DNA of 61,541 bases, the filler included. It is 9 parts of 9 records of this genome, joined end to end, with 100 filler letters (N's around TTAATTAATTAA, not from the genome) between each part and the next. Parts side by side here need not be neighbours in the genome. Positions count along the whole stretch, not along the records: positions 5,483 to 10,863 come from SRR31147125_73649; positions 10,964 to 19,244 come from SRR31147125_73671; positions 19,345 to 26,024 come from SRR31147125_73752; 6 more parts are not named here. The stretch is one strand, 5' to 3'. How positions within the stretch are numbered: the first letter of the stretch is position 1; each line of letters opens with the position of its first letter. Under the pieces are notes generated by a model. The model had not been told where the DNA came from. It saw nothing but the letters and a program-made list of their open reading frames with translations, and did not search any database. Shown here piece by piece: positions 10,376-22,325 of this stretch. Made by a program: the position numbers and the translations under genes.

Positions 10376-10639
10376 TTATTGGATGTCCGTTTTGATGCGT
10401 TGGACGATGTCGGGCAATTGATCGTCGGTCAGCGCCAGTTTGGTTCCAAAGAGGTAAACCAACTCCACCACAAACATGATCGCGCCGATCAAAAGGGCGG
10501 TTACCGCCCAGTCGGGCATCCCCCATATCAGTGTTGGCGTGCCATAGGATCCGTAACCGATGGGGCACCAACACAGCAGGGTAAACACCGCAAATACCGC
10601 CAGAAATACAGCCTGTTTCAAACTCGTCCCGTTTTCCAT
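10376..10639 (-). CDS. Small two-TM accessory protein of the SSS transporter
   Basis: 87 aa, two TM helices with a 'WGMPDW' motif, GGAGG RBS, directly upstream of the SSS gene. Confidence 0.75.
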   Translation of the reverse strand: MENGTSLKQAVFLAVFAVFTLLCWCPIGYGSYGTPTLIWGMPDWAVTALLIGAIMFVVELVYLFGTKLALTDDQLPDIVQRIKTDIQ

Positions 10640-10720
10640 TGCGCCTCCTTCTCCATTGTGAGGGTAAGTCATACACAGCGTGCCGCTCCGGGCACCGTGG
10701 GCATTGATGGGCGATACCAT

Positions 10721-10736
10721 TGCAAATGAAATGCCT
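10721..10736 (-). promoter_or_regulatory. sigma54 (-24/-12) promoter candidate
   Basis: AGGCATTTCATTTGCA (GG-N10-GC) about 80 bp upstream of the operon, with an AT-rich tract further upstream. Confidence 0.6.
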
Positions 10737-10963
10737 TCGCATAATGAATTTCATCTATCGATTGTATTCTTCTTAATTAACTGGAATCTTGTATATTTTT
10801 CTATATTGCGAAGAACGGTGCCCTCGGCTGGCAGAAAGCCGTGGGCTGAAAGAAACTTTCCGGNNNNNNNNNNNNNNNNNNNNNNNNNNNNNNNNNNNNN
10901 NNNNNNNTTAATTAATTAANNNNNNNNNNNNNNNNNNNNNNNNNNNNNNNNNNNNNNNNNNNN

Positions 10964-12294
10964 CCTTTGATGTTCTTTCGTATTGGACACCTGAGGAGCT
11001 CCAAGAACTGGAAGGCACGGGATGTCTGGATCGGTTCAGGGCAGACATCAGGGAAGAAGAGTGCGTACAAGGGGAGATCGGGCCATGGAATGACCCAGGA
11101 GTCAGATTCTTTCGAATGCGCGTGCACCCCATTATTGAAGCACATCGTGATGTCTTTGGAGAGGGCGTCGATGTGCGTGGGGGCGTCCGATCAGATCAGA
11201 GGTTGACGTTGCGGACATTGTTGAACAGAACAGTGCTATGTTTCGTCTAGCCAATGCCCTGGTCATGTCCCGTGCCTTTCGGTGTGTGATCCATCCGTCC
11301 TGAATTCATTCTTATGGTATGCAGCAAACACGGAAAGCCATGCCTCGTCCCTTTGATCGATATGCTCAACAACAGCACAGAAGAGGGCCGTGCTGTTGCT
11401 TCGCTTGAATTTGATGAAGTGACGGGTGATGCTACAGTGGTACGGAAGGGACGGTACGAACCCGCGGGTCGATCCCAACACGAACATACCACACAGACTT
11501 TGATTGGTGATGTGGCACAGGGAGAACAGATCTTCACACTGTATGGACGGCTGGGCAACGCACGTCTGTTGGCTCGCTATGGCTTCGTTGAGGAGGGAAA
11601 TCCGTTTGACTCGGCCCTTCTTCCCACGGATCTTATTCTAGAAGTAGGATGTGGCGTACAAGATGGAGTGGAGGATGATGAGCTTGAACGTCGCTCCGAA
11701 CTGGTGGAAGATTGTGTGATCCCTGCTGACGCGTATCCTGTGACACGGGAAGGCGTGGCGATGGAAGTGATGGCAGCACTTGGTTTCTTTTCTTTGAATG
11801 CTGAGGAGTGCGCTGCCTTCGAGAAGGAAAAGGAAGGAGAAGAAGACATGTGGAGTGCCCTACAACAAGTCGTTCGTGATCGGGCGGCGTGGGAGCGTCG
11901 CCTGGATCGTGCTTTGCTTCTACTTCTTGCTGAACGTCTTACGGTCTTCCCTACATCCCTCGAGGAGGACCGCGCCCTTCTGACCAAGAACAATCTCCCG
12001 CCTCGCGTTCGCATGGCTATTATTGTGCGAATGGGGGAGAAACAAGTACTGGAACAGGCTATTGCCTCGATCCAATCTCGTCATCGGAAGAAAAGGGAAG
12101 GAGAAGGGGCAGGAAGGGAGACGGGTGAGAAGATAAGAAAGGGCGCCAATTTCAAATATTCAAAAAGTGGTCGGGGCCGCTCACTGTTGTTCCCCTCTCC
12201 TTTCCATGGCATCCACCCGTCGTCCAACGAGTGGAGTGGGCCTGACGGCAGAGCAGGAACAGCTCACGAAGCGGCTCAAGCCCGATTTCTATAG
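10964..12294 (+). CDS. Eukaryotic SET-domain lysine methyltransferase (SETD6/Rubisco-LSMT family), 5' partial, spliced; 3' end uncertain
   Basis: Removing GT-AG introns 11173-11228 and 11282-11324 (possibly also 11061-11105) gives WTPEELQELEGT...VMSRAF...LVPLIDMLNNS...GEQIFTLYG..GNARLLARYGF...TSLEED. Confidence 0.85.
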
Positions 12295-15200
12295 TAAGAC
12301 ACTCACGCGCCTCGGTTCGTCCTCCTACACACGTCTGTCTTCACCCACGAAACTTAACCTCCTCCAGGGGGACGCAAGGCACAAAACTTCATGAAGGACC
12401 TTCAAGGAGATGTTGCCGAACGACTTGAGGAAACACAGAAACGACTGGATGAGACTGAGAAAGATCTCATTGTGTCTGCGGGTGCGTTTCAAACTCAAAC
12501 CTCCCCAACACCGACATCATCGTCTCATGTGGCACAGAACTCGGTCAAGCGTTACTAGAGGCCAAGAATGACCTCATTCGAGAGAACGAAGAGCAAAAGG
12601 AAAAGGTCGTCGCTCGCACACGGATTGCATAGTGGTGGTTGGTCTGATGACAGCACAGATTTGTAATCTTGAGAAGGAAAATGCACGCCTGACCACCAAA
12701 TGTCTTCAAACAACGGATCTCGAAACAGAGAACACTTCTATTGCATCGGTCTTTGAAACAATACGATAAGCACTCTACACGGATGACTGATACGCCTCCA
12801 CAGCGATGCAAACTCCTTCAAGGACAACTTCGGTCCTCAGAGATTGCAGTGATCCAACTTCGCGAGGAGATACTCCAACGGTGTGTGTGTGTGTGCGCGC
12901 GCTGAATATCGCTCATTCTTGTATAGGGAGGATGAGATCCAACGACTTTCCACTGAGCTTTGTGGATTTAATGAACTCAAGGCAGAGTCAAAGCTGCTGA
13001 AGCAGGAGGTATGGGACTCTGTGGGGGTATACTGCCTTGGACTCACACGTAGCGCCAGTTGGAAGGCTACAAAACATCCCTGGAAGAGGCTGAAGGGATG
13101 GAAGATGAATTGGTTCACGAGAACAAGAGACGCAAAGCAGAAATCGAGCGCCTCACAAACGAGCTACGGACAGCCACGAGCGATTCGAACTGGGCCACAG
13201 AAGAAGTAAAACGTCTTCACCAGACCATGGAACTTCTTCAACAAATGACGAAGAGTTCAAAACTGCTTGAAAGCGATGTTATTGATGTGCGTGTGGCGTG
13301 GAAACCCACAATCCGTCCATCATCCTCACACAACTCATAATCCAGCTCAAAACACAACTGGATACGGAAAGAACAGCAAAACGAGAGCTTCAAGACCGAA
13401 TCGCGCAACTGGAGAGGGTTCATCGAGAGTTGCAGCACAAGTGGGGGCAAGCCAATGTCTTGTTGGAGAAGGTTGTATTTGATTGCCGTATCGCGTGTCG
13501 CGGAAGCTGACAACACACGCCAGGCCTACGGATCTGTTCCAGAGGATCTTTTCCTGTTGTCACTCTCTTCTCCTACTTCCCCCGAGGCATTTGAAGCTGC
13601 ACATCCCCACTATGCAACTCCAAGTCTTGCAGAAGAGACGGTCGCCTCGGCACAGCGAGATATTGCTATGGAAGCATTAGAAGCGCGAGCAAATGAGGCA
13701 GAAGATGCTTCGGCCTCACTCAAAGCGTCCCTTCGTGAGGCCGAGATACGAGTCGAGTCTCTGATGCAACGATTGCATGAGAGTGAGAATCGAGAGGAAA
13801 ATGCCCGTCAAAGGGCCCAGGAGGCGGAAGAGCAAGCGCGTGTCTTCGAAGCAAAGCTCTTTACCATGGAAGAGGAGGCTGCATCTTCGATTTCCCGACT
13901 TCGCGTTCTGCAACAGTCCGTGGAAGGTCTTTCTCATCAGATCCATGAATCGGAGGCTCGTGAGCGCGAGACAGCGAAGGAACGTGATGCATTGGTGGAG
14001 GAGTGTCGTGTGAAAACGTCAGCGATCGACGAGATGCGAGTAGGATGGCTGGAATCGGAGAAACAACTTGATGCGGCACGACAAAATGAATGCACCGCCA
14101 CAGAAGCTGCACATCAACGCGAGCAGGAGTTACAAGAGGCCCTCCAAGACCAGAGTGCTCGAGCCCGTGATACCATTGCACAACTGACTGCGGCCCAAAA
14201 ACGATTACAAGAAGTGGATACAGAAGTTCGGAGTGCAGGAAGGGCCGCTCGTACTCGAGAAGCTGATCGGAAACAACTTGAAGCCCTGACCGAGCAACTT
14301 CGACAGTCCGATGCTCGTATCGACGGTTTGGAGACACTTCTTCAAGAAACAACGCAGCGTGCACGCACCTCGGAGCGAAATGCGAAGAAACAACAGGAAC
14401 AAGCCGATCACTTCAAGGAAGACCTGTTGGCCGTGGAGACGGCAAACCGTTTGACGGAACGGGAGTTGAGTTCAAAGGAAACACAGTTAAAAAGACAACT
14501 GGAAAGGGGAAAACGTATGGCTGCAAAGCTTAAGAGTGCCGAATCTCGTGTAGCAGAACTTGAGGCGAAGATTCGCACACGAGAGGGAGAGTGGAGGAAG
14601 CGTGACGAACGATCTCGACCGGATGTGAATGCACTCAAGGCAGAAATTGAAGAACTGTCTGCAAGCAAGAAGGTATGTATCGGCTGTCCCATGTATACGC
14701 GTGCACACACACACACCATGTACACATACACAGGCTGTGGAGAATCTTGTCGAACTGAAGGAGGGAGACCTTCGGTGTCGCAATGAAGTCATTGCTTCTC
14801 TCTCTCGTCGCCAGCGGGTACGACGTGATGTCTCGACGTGCACGGCACGAATCTTGACGATTTTTGATGCACAGGATGACGCGGACAAGATTTCCTCTTT
14901 GTTGTCTCGTCTTCGTGCTGTTGAAGAAAGAGATGCCCATCATGGCTCTGCGGATGAGTGGAATCGTGAGATGCAAGCACTTCATGAGGAAGTGGCAACG
15001 CTCAAGGCGGAGCGGATCACGCTAGAGGAGGCCTTGCGAGTTGAACGTCAGGGGGCGATCGCCGCTCGACTGGCACGCGACGAAGCCATTGCAGCACGTC
15101 AATTGCAACCCAAACGGGATGAAATTGCTCTTCTTGAACATGATCTTGCAGCACGAATGCGAGATCTGGATGTCACCGACGAGCGATTGCGGGCCGCTGA

Positions 15201-18200
15201 GGACGAGAACGAGGAGTTGTGCTCTCGTCTCGAGGAAAGCGAGGAACGGGTTCGTGTGCAAGCTTCCGAGATCGAACGTGTGAAGAAGTGTCTGCAAGAA
15301 GCACAGGAACGGAGTGTCGATTATGAAGTGTTCATGAGGGATCTTGAAGCACAAGTCGGCGAAGAAATGGCAGCAGCTACCAAGGCTCGGGAACGAGCCG
15401 GACATCTCGAGGTTTCCTTGACCAACGCCCTCACTCGGCTCAAACAGGAAGAAGAGCATGCTCGATCGCTCGAAGAGCTCATGGTTGAGGAGGGGCACGA
15501 ATCAGAAGTGGAGCGTCTTAGTTATGAACTGGCTGTAGCCGAGCAACGAACGGTGGAATGGCGCACCAAGGCACACGAGGAGACGAATCGAAGACGAGCT
15601 GTGGAACAAGAGAATGTCGCCTTACAGAATCAAGCGCGATCAGCATACGAAGAGGCAGAGCGCCGGGCCGAATATGAAGAAGAGTTGGAGGAAATCCTTC
15701 GTGGCCGTCAGTCCCACCTCGCAGCCAAAGAGGAGCTTATTGCTGCCCAACAAGCGACCATTAGAGATTCAGAAGAGAGGTATGCATATGGGGGTAGGGG
15801 TGGAGTGCGCTGGCTCTGAAATATGGAATTAGATTGCGATCCCGTGATGCGGAACTTCAAGCCAAAGATGAAACAATTGAACGTCATTGTCTTCGAATTC
15901 AATCAACGGAGTCCCGTCTCACGGCCGTGAATGCACGTGCTGACGAAATGGAACGCAAGCTGGTCGAAACCCATGATATTGTCTCAACTAAGGACGAAAC
16001 GAACACCTATCTGAATACCAAGCTTCAAGAGAGCGAATATCAGGTGCGACACGTGAGAGAATCTGCACCTCTGATGTGTTTTATCCATCAGATTGCTCAA
16101 CTCAAGGAGAAGTTGCGTCTAAGCCAACAGAATGTAAGTGATCTTGCGGCTCGTGTGGTGGAGATGGAGCAACACGCACAGCGCATGGCAAAACTGTCCT
16201 CTTCGGAGGAGCAGTGCCACCTTCTGCAAGAGGAACTCAACAAGAAGGTGATTCTCTGCTCTGAATTCCATGGAACCCACTGTATTCACCAGGGAAATAC
16301 ACTGGAGACACTCCGAAACTCGTTGCAAGACCTTGAGAATCGAGCCTTGGAGGCTGAGAATCGATCACGGACCAAGAGTGATATGATCGAAATGCTTCAA
16401 GTGTGTACGGGCGGGCGGGCGGGCGGGCGGGTGTAACGCATCCCCTCGTTTCCAGACGTGGGTCGAGAATGCCGAACAAGAACTCCAGAAACAGGATCGT
16501 GAAATGGGTGATCTCGTTGCTCTTCTTCAGGGAGAAGAAGCCCGAAATGCTTTCAGAAGAGACATGGAACTGTATTCTGGAACGTATGCGGAGTATCGAT
16601 CGCCATTGTGCCACGAAGACTATCCACGATGGAACGTTCCCACTGAATCTGGATTCAACGATGCTCAAACTTCGCGAGTTTGAAGGGGAGGTGTGTTTTG
16701 CAGCTGATTTCAATTCCCAGTCTCTCACTCTTGACCAGCTGGGAGAGAAAAAGGCAGCTCTTGTTGATTACCAGAAGCGTATTCGTGTGCTGGAAGGGCA
16801 AGTGCAACGAAATGTCCAGCAACAGAAGATATACGAAGAGGCGTTAGAAAGTGCAGAGGTTGAAGTGAAGGAGAAGACCGAAGAGAGTCTGCGGTATCGC
16901 AGTGTACGTGTGATGGATCAATTCCAGAGACGAAAGGTGATGTGCCTTTCTCCGCCCCAGGTTCTTCAGATGCACCATATTGAAATCATGGGACCCGGCC
17001 TTGAAGGTGTTGAACTTTCTCCTGACACCCTGGAGGAAGTTCGTGGAGATTCACGTATGAAGAAGATTCTCCTCCTGGGACACCAGGTGAGGTTCTGCTT
17101 TTTTTTTCTTTGTTGTCTGATTTGAATTCTGCAGCTTCAAGAGAGTGAGAAGCAGGTATGCATTCTTAGTGAGAAGATACGGGATCTGGAAGAGGACCTT
17201 TGTTCGAAACTCAAAGAAAATGAGAGGTACATGCACGAGGTTTGTTCCTTTTCGACTCACACGCACCTTGTACAGTCTGAGGGAGAAGGCACGACAAGCA
17301 GAGGAACATCACAGAACAACACATGCCGTTCGTAACTTTATGGATCGAATGAAGGCTCAGACCGTGCGTTCGTTTCTTGGAATGGACGATATCAGTCAGA
17401 CACACATGGTACACAGGCTGAACCTTCGACGACGGATCCTGTGGAAAAAGCAGCAACACTTCGACGCAAACGAAGGGAACGTCTTTCTGTGTTCAACGCC
17501 TTCTCCCCTGCAGAGTATGTGTTGTATCTTGTGCTTGGGCATCTGTGTGTCTGATCAATCGATCCTTCAGACCTCTTGAAGCGCAAAAGGAGAAAGAGGA
17601 AAAAGACGACGACGACGAAGAGACTGTGATGAATGTGGTGAACAGTCCGGGATTCGGGGCTCACCGGCCCTCTCAACCTCCACGACAAAGCGTTGTGGGA
17701 ATCTACACGGAAACCGTTTCCCAAAGTCCCGTATCTTCCTTGCACCAAGCATGCGTGACTTCTCCGGGACCCGTTGTTGTAAATGAGGATGAGGAACAGG
17801 AGGAACAGGAGGAACAGAAGATACGGGAGATTCAACGTCCTGCAAAGCATCGGAAGTCGTGTGTCAAACTCCCTGGTATGAAGAAAAGCAAACGCAAGTC
17901 GGCCGTCCGCTTCTGCGAGAGTGTCGAAGTGGTGCAATGGGAAGAAGAAGAAGAGAAGCAAAAAGAAACTGATAATGCTCCGTGCGTTTTGTGTGTCCTT
18001 CTCGGCCTCCTTCTCTGCCTAACGATCGATCTGCAGGCATGACGCCCTGGACGCGAAAAAGGAAGAGCTTCTGCACACTCTTCGTGAACTCCTTCCTTCT
18101 ATGGATGCCGGGAGGTCGCCTCCTCCCACTCCCACGGAGAAGAAGAAGAAGAAGAAGAGGAAGGAGACGGCACCCCCAACAAAGGTGAATCGCTCCGCGA

Positions 18201-18340
18201 ACACGGAAAACAAGCAAGGTACACAGAACAAATCGACTCGATCCCCTTCGGCACGAAAGAGGCCGCCTCTTGGCGGGTTAGCCCTGGCACAAATGCAACG
18301 GATCGAAGCACGACTGGATCGATTCAACAAATTACCCTGA
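12206..18340 (+). CDS. Eukaryotic multi-exon giant coiled-coil protein, candidate dynein activating adaptor
   Basis: About 20 short GT-AG introns (e.g. 12294-12367, 12482-12537, 12606-12658, 12749-12803, 12881-12926, 13009-13058, 13287-13345, 13472-13523) join E/Q/R/L-rich heptad exons in frame; TGA at 18338-18340; one probable indel near 16530. Confidence 0.8.
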
Positions 18341-18393
18341 TCCCACAACTCCCCTTTCACTGGATGAAGAGGCAGTGTACACGATAAAATCCA

Positions 18394-19244
18394 TTATTCA
18401 TGCAACGGAATCATGAAGTCCTTGACCTCTCGAACCAGCATGGAAAGACACAGGGGATCCTTTGCGAACTCCTCAACAAGAACGGGGGTGTGGGAAGGAT
18501 TTGTCGTAACGACTGTAATTCGTCTGCAGCACCGTCCATCTGGGTGAGGGCGAGGAACACACTCGGTTCGCGCTCACCGTGTCGGATTCAAGAAATCGGT
18601 GAAATGCCGATGATATGCGTTCTGTACCGCCTCTGCGTCTACCAAGTCTAGCTGTTGTTCGTATTGGAGTATTTCTTCCATAGAAGAGAAGCCCTGGAGG
18701 ATGTCAGTAACTGAACCAGCCAGCCAACCAACCAACCAACCAGAAGGTGAGCACGTAGTGCACTTCGAATCACATGGGGTGCTGTGGATCGTGCGACATG
18801 AAGAACGTAGAGAAGAGATGCACGAGCCGCATCCATGCTGAGCGGATTGGTGATGTGATCCTCCACACGGCGCAAGATATCGTGGAAGATGGAAAGGGCT
18901 TGACATGGAGAAGACGATTCAAAAAGAGTAAACGAGAGCTGTCCTGTCCAACTGCAGAGATCCACTCGTGCATCATATGCATATCTGTGGCAAATGAATA
19001 TGATAACGAGTGTCGGATGCGCATGCACGCACCCCTTGCCACGAATCTCCTGAAAGATGGGTCCTTCTGAACGACTGAGGATTTCACACAGAAGAAGCAA
19101 GGGGAAGTAGTCCGGATCACCCAACTTCACCCAACACGGGATCGTCTGTTCCAAATACGATGAATCCACTCCTGAAATAGGGACAAGGAAGTTCTTTTCG
19201 CCAGTGGGAAACGTTGGGGCTGGAATGGAGTATTAGAAACAAAA
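18394..19244 (-). CDS. Eukaryotic M16 (insulinase/presequence-protease-like) metallopeptidase C-terminus, spliced, 5' partial
   Basis: EGPIFQEIRGKG|YAY motif restored by splicing; three GT-AG introns; TAA at 18394-18396. Confidence 0.75.
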
Positions 19245-19344
19245 NNNNNNNNNNNNNNNNNNNNNNNNNNNNNNNNNNNNNNNNNNNNTTAATTAATTAA
19301 NNNNNNNNNNNNNNNNNNNNNNNNNNNNNNNNNNNNNNNNNNNN

Positions 19345-20583
19345 AAAGGCGCAGGGCGGTTTCCGCCGGCATGATTTTATCGCGCTCCATGAAATCGATA
19401 TTGGTGCCGATGTTGTAAAGACCCAAAGGCAAGGATGCGATCAAAAGCGGCGTAAGGATCCCCATATCCTCCTGGAGCACGAACCCGCCTCCCTGGGAAT
19501 GCCAGATCCGACTGATCTGGGCGCAGTTGGTATCGATCTCCTCAGTCGAGCGGCCGATATTCCAGATGATGGGGATGACGCGCACGAAGGTGTTGCCGCT
19601 GATCAATTCCTTGGCCGCCCAACGATACTCGGCTTCCCTTTCGTTTTCCTTTTGACCGCGGACGCCTCTTTTTCCTGGCGGATCATCAATTCGGTCTTGG
19701 AGCGAATGCGTTTGGAAAGTCCCTCGAAAACAACATTCACGGTAACCCAGAACGGGCAGGTAATCTGATTGTTGTCATCAACGGCACCCATGATGCCGCC
19801 CATGATGCGATTCATGGTCAGGGGCTCGATCTCACCAATGGGCCATCCCTTCACGGTCTGGGCCTTCAGGTATTTCGGGGCACACCCGCCGCGTATTTCC
19901 ACATGGGTGAATTTGGCATCGATCATGCCGGCGCGGATGATTTGTTTGCGGATTTCCAGATCCGGGTCATAAGGGGAAAGCTGTGTATTGGCTTCGGTGT
20001 TGAGAATTTTTGACAACAGGCCGATCAAGCCGTTGGGATCCAAAGGCCTGGGATCCAGGCCAGCCCCCTTGAGTGCCTCGGCCAACGAAAGGGCGGCGAA
20101 TTCGAACTGGTCGCTCAGCGGTTCTCCCGGTGGAAACTTGAGGCTGACCAACAACCTGAAATTTCTCACGGGAATATTATTGGTGCTCCTCAGTCCAAAC
20201 TCGGCTTCGGAGAGATGATGAATCATGTTGTCGGTGAGGGTATCCAAGAATGGATTCTGGCGGTTTTTCAGCGACCGGTAATGGTCGAATAGGCCGGTAC
20301 AGTCCGGATCGGCGTACATCATGAACTGGAGCACGCTGCCCGACGGGATTCCGGTGTGGATGCACCCTTTCAGGTTCTCGAACACCTTTTCGGCGGCATA
20401 CACCAAAGGCGTGCATTCCCACACATAGCCGAAGGTGTCATCGGCGCTATGGTAAACACCGGCTTTCCTGTCCCAGGCCTGATAGGGCAGGTAGGCCGAC
20501 AGTTTGTCCCGATTGGCCAGGTTGACGAACCGCTTGGCGTTGAATGCGTCGCCCACACCCAATATTTTATCCAGTAGCAGCAT
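19345..20583 (-). CDS. traC: F-type T4SS ATPase TraC N-terminal part (frameshift near 19640, cut by contig end)
   Basis: LSAYLPY, GYVWECTPL and PVRNFRLLVSLK motifs; follows traV. Confidence 0.85.
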
Positions 20584-20587
20584 AAGC

Positions 20588-21046
20588 CTACTCTTCGATG
20601 ATATCCAGGATCCAGCGGGATCTGTCGCTTTCGAAAAAGATATAGCGTTGGCTGTAAAATCGATCCTCGCGGTTGTACCCTAAAATCAACACCCGCATCA
20701 ATTTGGCGGGAATCCGGACCGGTGTGATGGGGCGCCTTACCAGGCCGGCGATCTCCTGATACAGTTCGTTTTTGTAAACCTGATCCTGGTGCTGTTGGAA
20801 TGTTTCCCGGGTTTGGCTTGTCCGGGGGCGGTCCTTTATTAAAGGTGAATCATGCTGTGGATCGATGTCGTTGGCTTCCGTGTTTTTCGGATCGGCCTTG
20901 GATCGGCGGTAGGCGATGTCCATGGGGACACAATCGCCGTTGAACGGATCCGGACAGTCACTGGAGTCATCATAAGGGTTCAGTGTCTGACAGCCTGACA
21001 GTGATAGGAACACCGCCAGAATAAGCAATAGCCGTATCGTTTCCAT
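20588..21046 (-). CDS. traV: TraV outer-membrane lipoprotein
   Basis: Lipobox LSGC, Cys pair (DCP...DCV), PVRIPAKLMRVLILGY motif. Confidence 0.85.
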   Translation of the reverse strand: METIRLLLILAVFLSLSGCQTLNPYDDSSDCPDPFNGDCVPMDIAYRRSKADPKNTEANDIDPQHDSPLIKDRPRTSQTRETFQQHQDQVYKNELYQEIAGLVRRPITPVRIPAKLMRVLILGYNREDRFYSQRYIFFESDRSRWILDIIEE

Positions 21047-21047
21047 T

Positions 21048-22325
21048 TTATCCTTCCAGTTCCACCTTAGCGGTTTCTTGTTTTTTGATGGCGATATCCA
21101 CCCCCTCGCTGATCACAATGGTGATATTCTTGGTGGGGTGAACCTCGATGACCGGCAGGCTCTGCTCGGCCAGATCCAGATAGAATTGTTGAAGATCCTC
21201 GGCCACATTGACAATGCCCTGTCCGATACCGGCCTTAGCCAGGGTTTCCGGATCGGTGTCCTTGAACTGGCCGGTTCGAACGCCGGTATTGACACCGTAA
21301 GTGAATTCCTGCTGCCCCAGGCTCATGGCATCTCCCAAACCTTCCAGAAAGCCGGCGATCGCCACCCGGGCGATCTGCTGCCCGAATTTAGCGTAAACAT
21401 GACCTTTCATGCCCTCCTTGCCGTCGGTATCGACCACAAACCCCTTGATGGCCTGATCGATTACGGTACCCCCTTTCTGATTGATACAGGATAAGGACAA
21501 CAGGCGGGCGTGAACCCGTTCATCGGCCAGACTACCGTACCCCTCCGCCACGACGAAGCAGCCCTTGGTATTGCTTTTGACGTTGTTGGGCAGCACCGCC
21601 AGGTTATTGACCCGGATCAGCATGGGGATTGGATTGTTCCTGCCCACATCCGTGGCCGGTGCGGTGACGCCGTTGAGCAGGTTGGCTTCCATGAAGGATG
21701 GCGGCAGGTGAACCTCGATGTCATTGGCATCCTGTGAACCGGCTGCGGTAGCTTGAGGATTTTCAAAAACCGTAATCTGTTTGATCGGAAGCTGGTTTTT
21801 ATTGTTGCTCGAGGATTTTTTTGGCTACGACGTCCCTGGAAATAGTTTCTTTCAGGGGGATCACCTTCTTCCTCTGCATTTTTTCGACAACGGGAAGCGG
21901 TGGGGTAAACGAAAGGTTTTGGGGTGGGATCTTGCCAGTGGCTTTGTTTTGGGCAGGGGGATTTAAAAGGGCGTCTGACGTTCTCTTTTTTCTCCATACC
22001 GTTGTATTTTTTGGGCCGCCTGGAATTGTTCGGCAAGCGTGTCCCGCACCTCCTTTTTGAAAACCAGAAGTTCGTTTCGCAGATTGTCGACGTCCGCACG
22101 GGTCTTGTTATAGATGGTCTTCTCGAAGGTCCGCTTATCGAATTGCAGTGTGTTTTTCTTGGCATCCGTGCGGGTCGGGATCTGCCTGTCTTTGTCCTTG
22201 GTGAATTGATAGGCACTGAACACAACGACAACCAGCACCAAACCGATGGTAATTTTTACCAGCCGGTTTTTGTCCTTGCTTTTTAAGTCGCGAAACAGCT
22301 CGATGAGTTTTTTCATAGGATTCAA
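21048..22325 (-). CDS. traB: TraB/VirB10 pilus assembly protein, split by homopolymer frameshifts
   Basis: N-terminal TM and coiled coil (21963-22325), Pro-rich linker, C-terminal LLNGVTAP...GCFV...ERVHARLLSLSC domain. Confidence 0.85.

Noticed and set aside
16508-16530. 23-nt mini-intron in the coiled-coil gene
   Set aside because: Much shorter than the other introns measured (43 nt or more); a single-G indel at 16530-16532 explains the frame change equally well
10964-19244. Alternative genetic code or stop read-through to explain fragmented ORFs
   Set aside because: Canonical GT-AG introns restore continuous frames under the standard code
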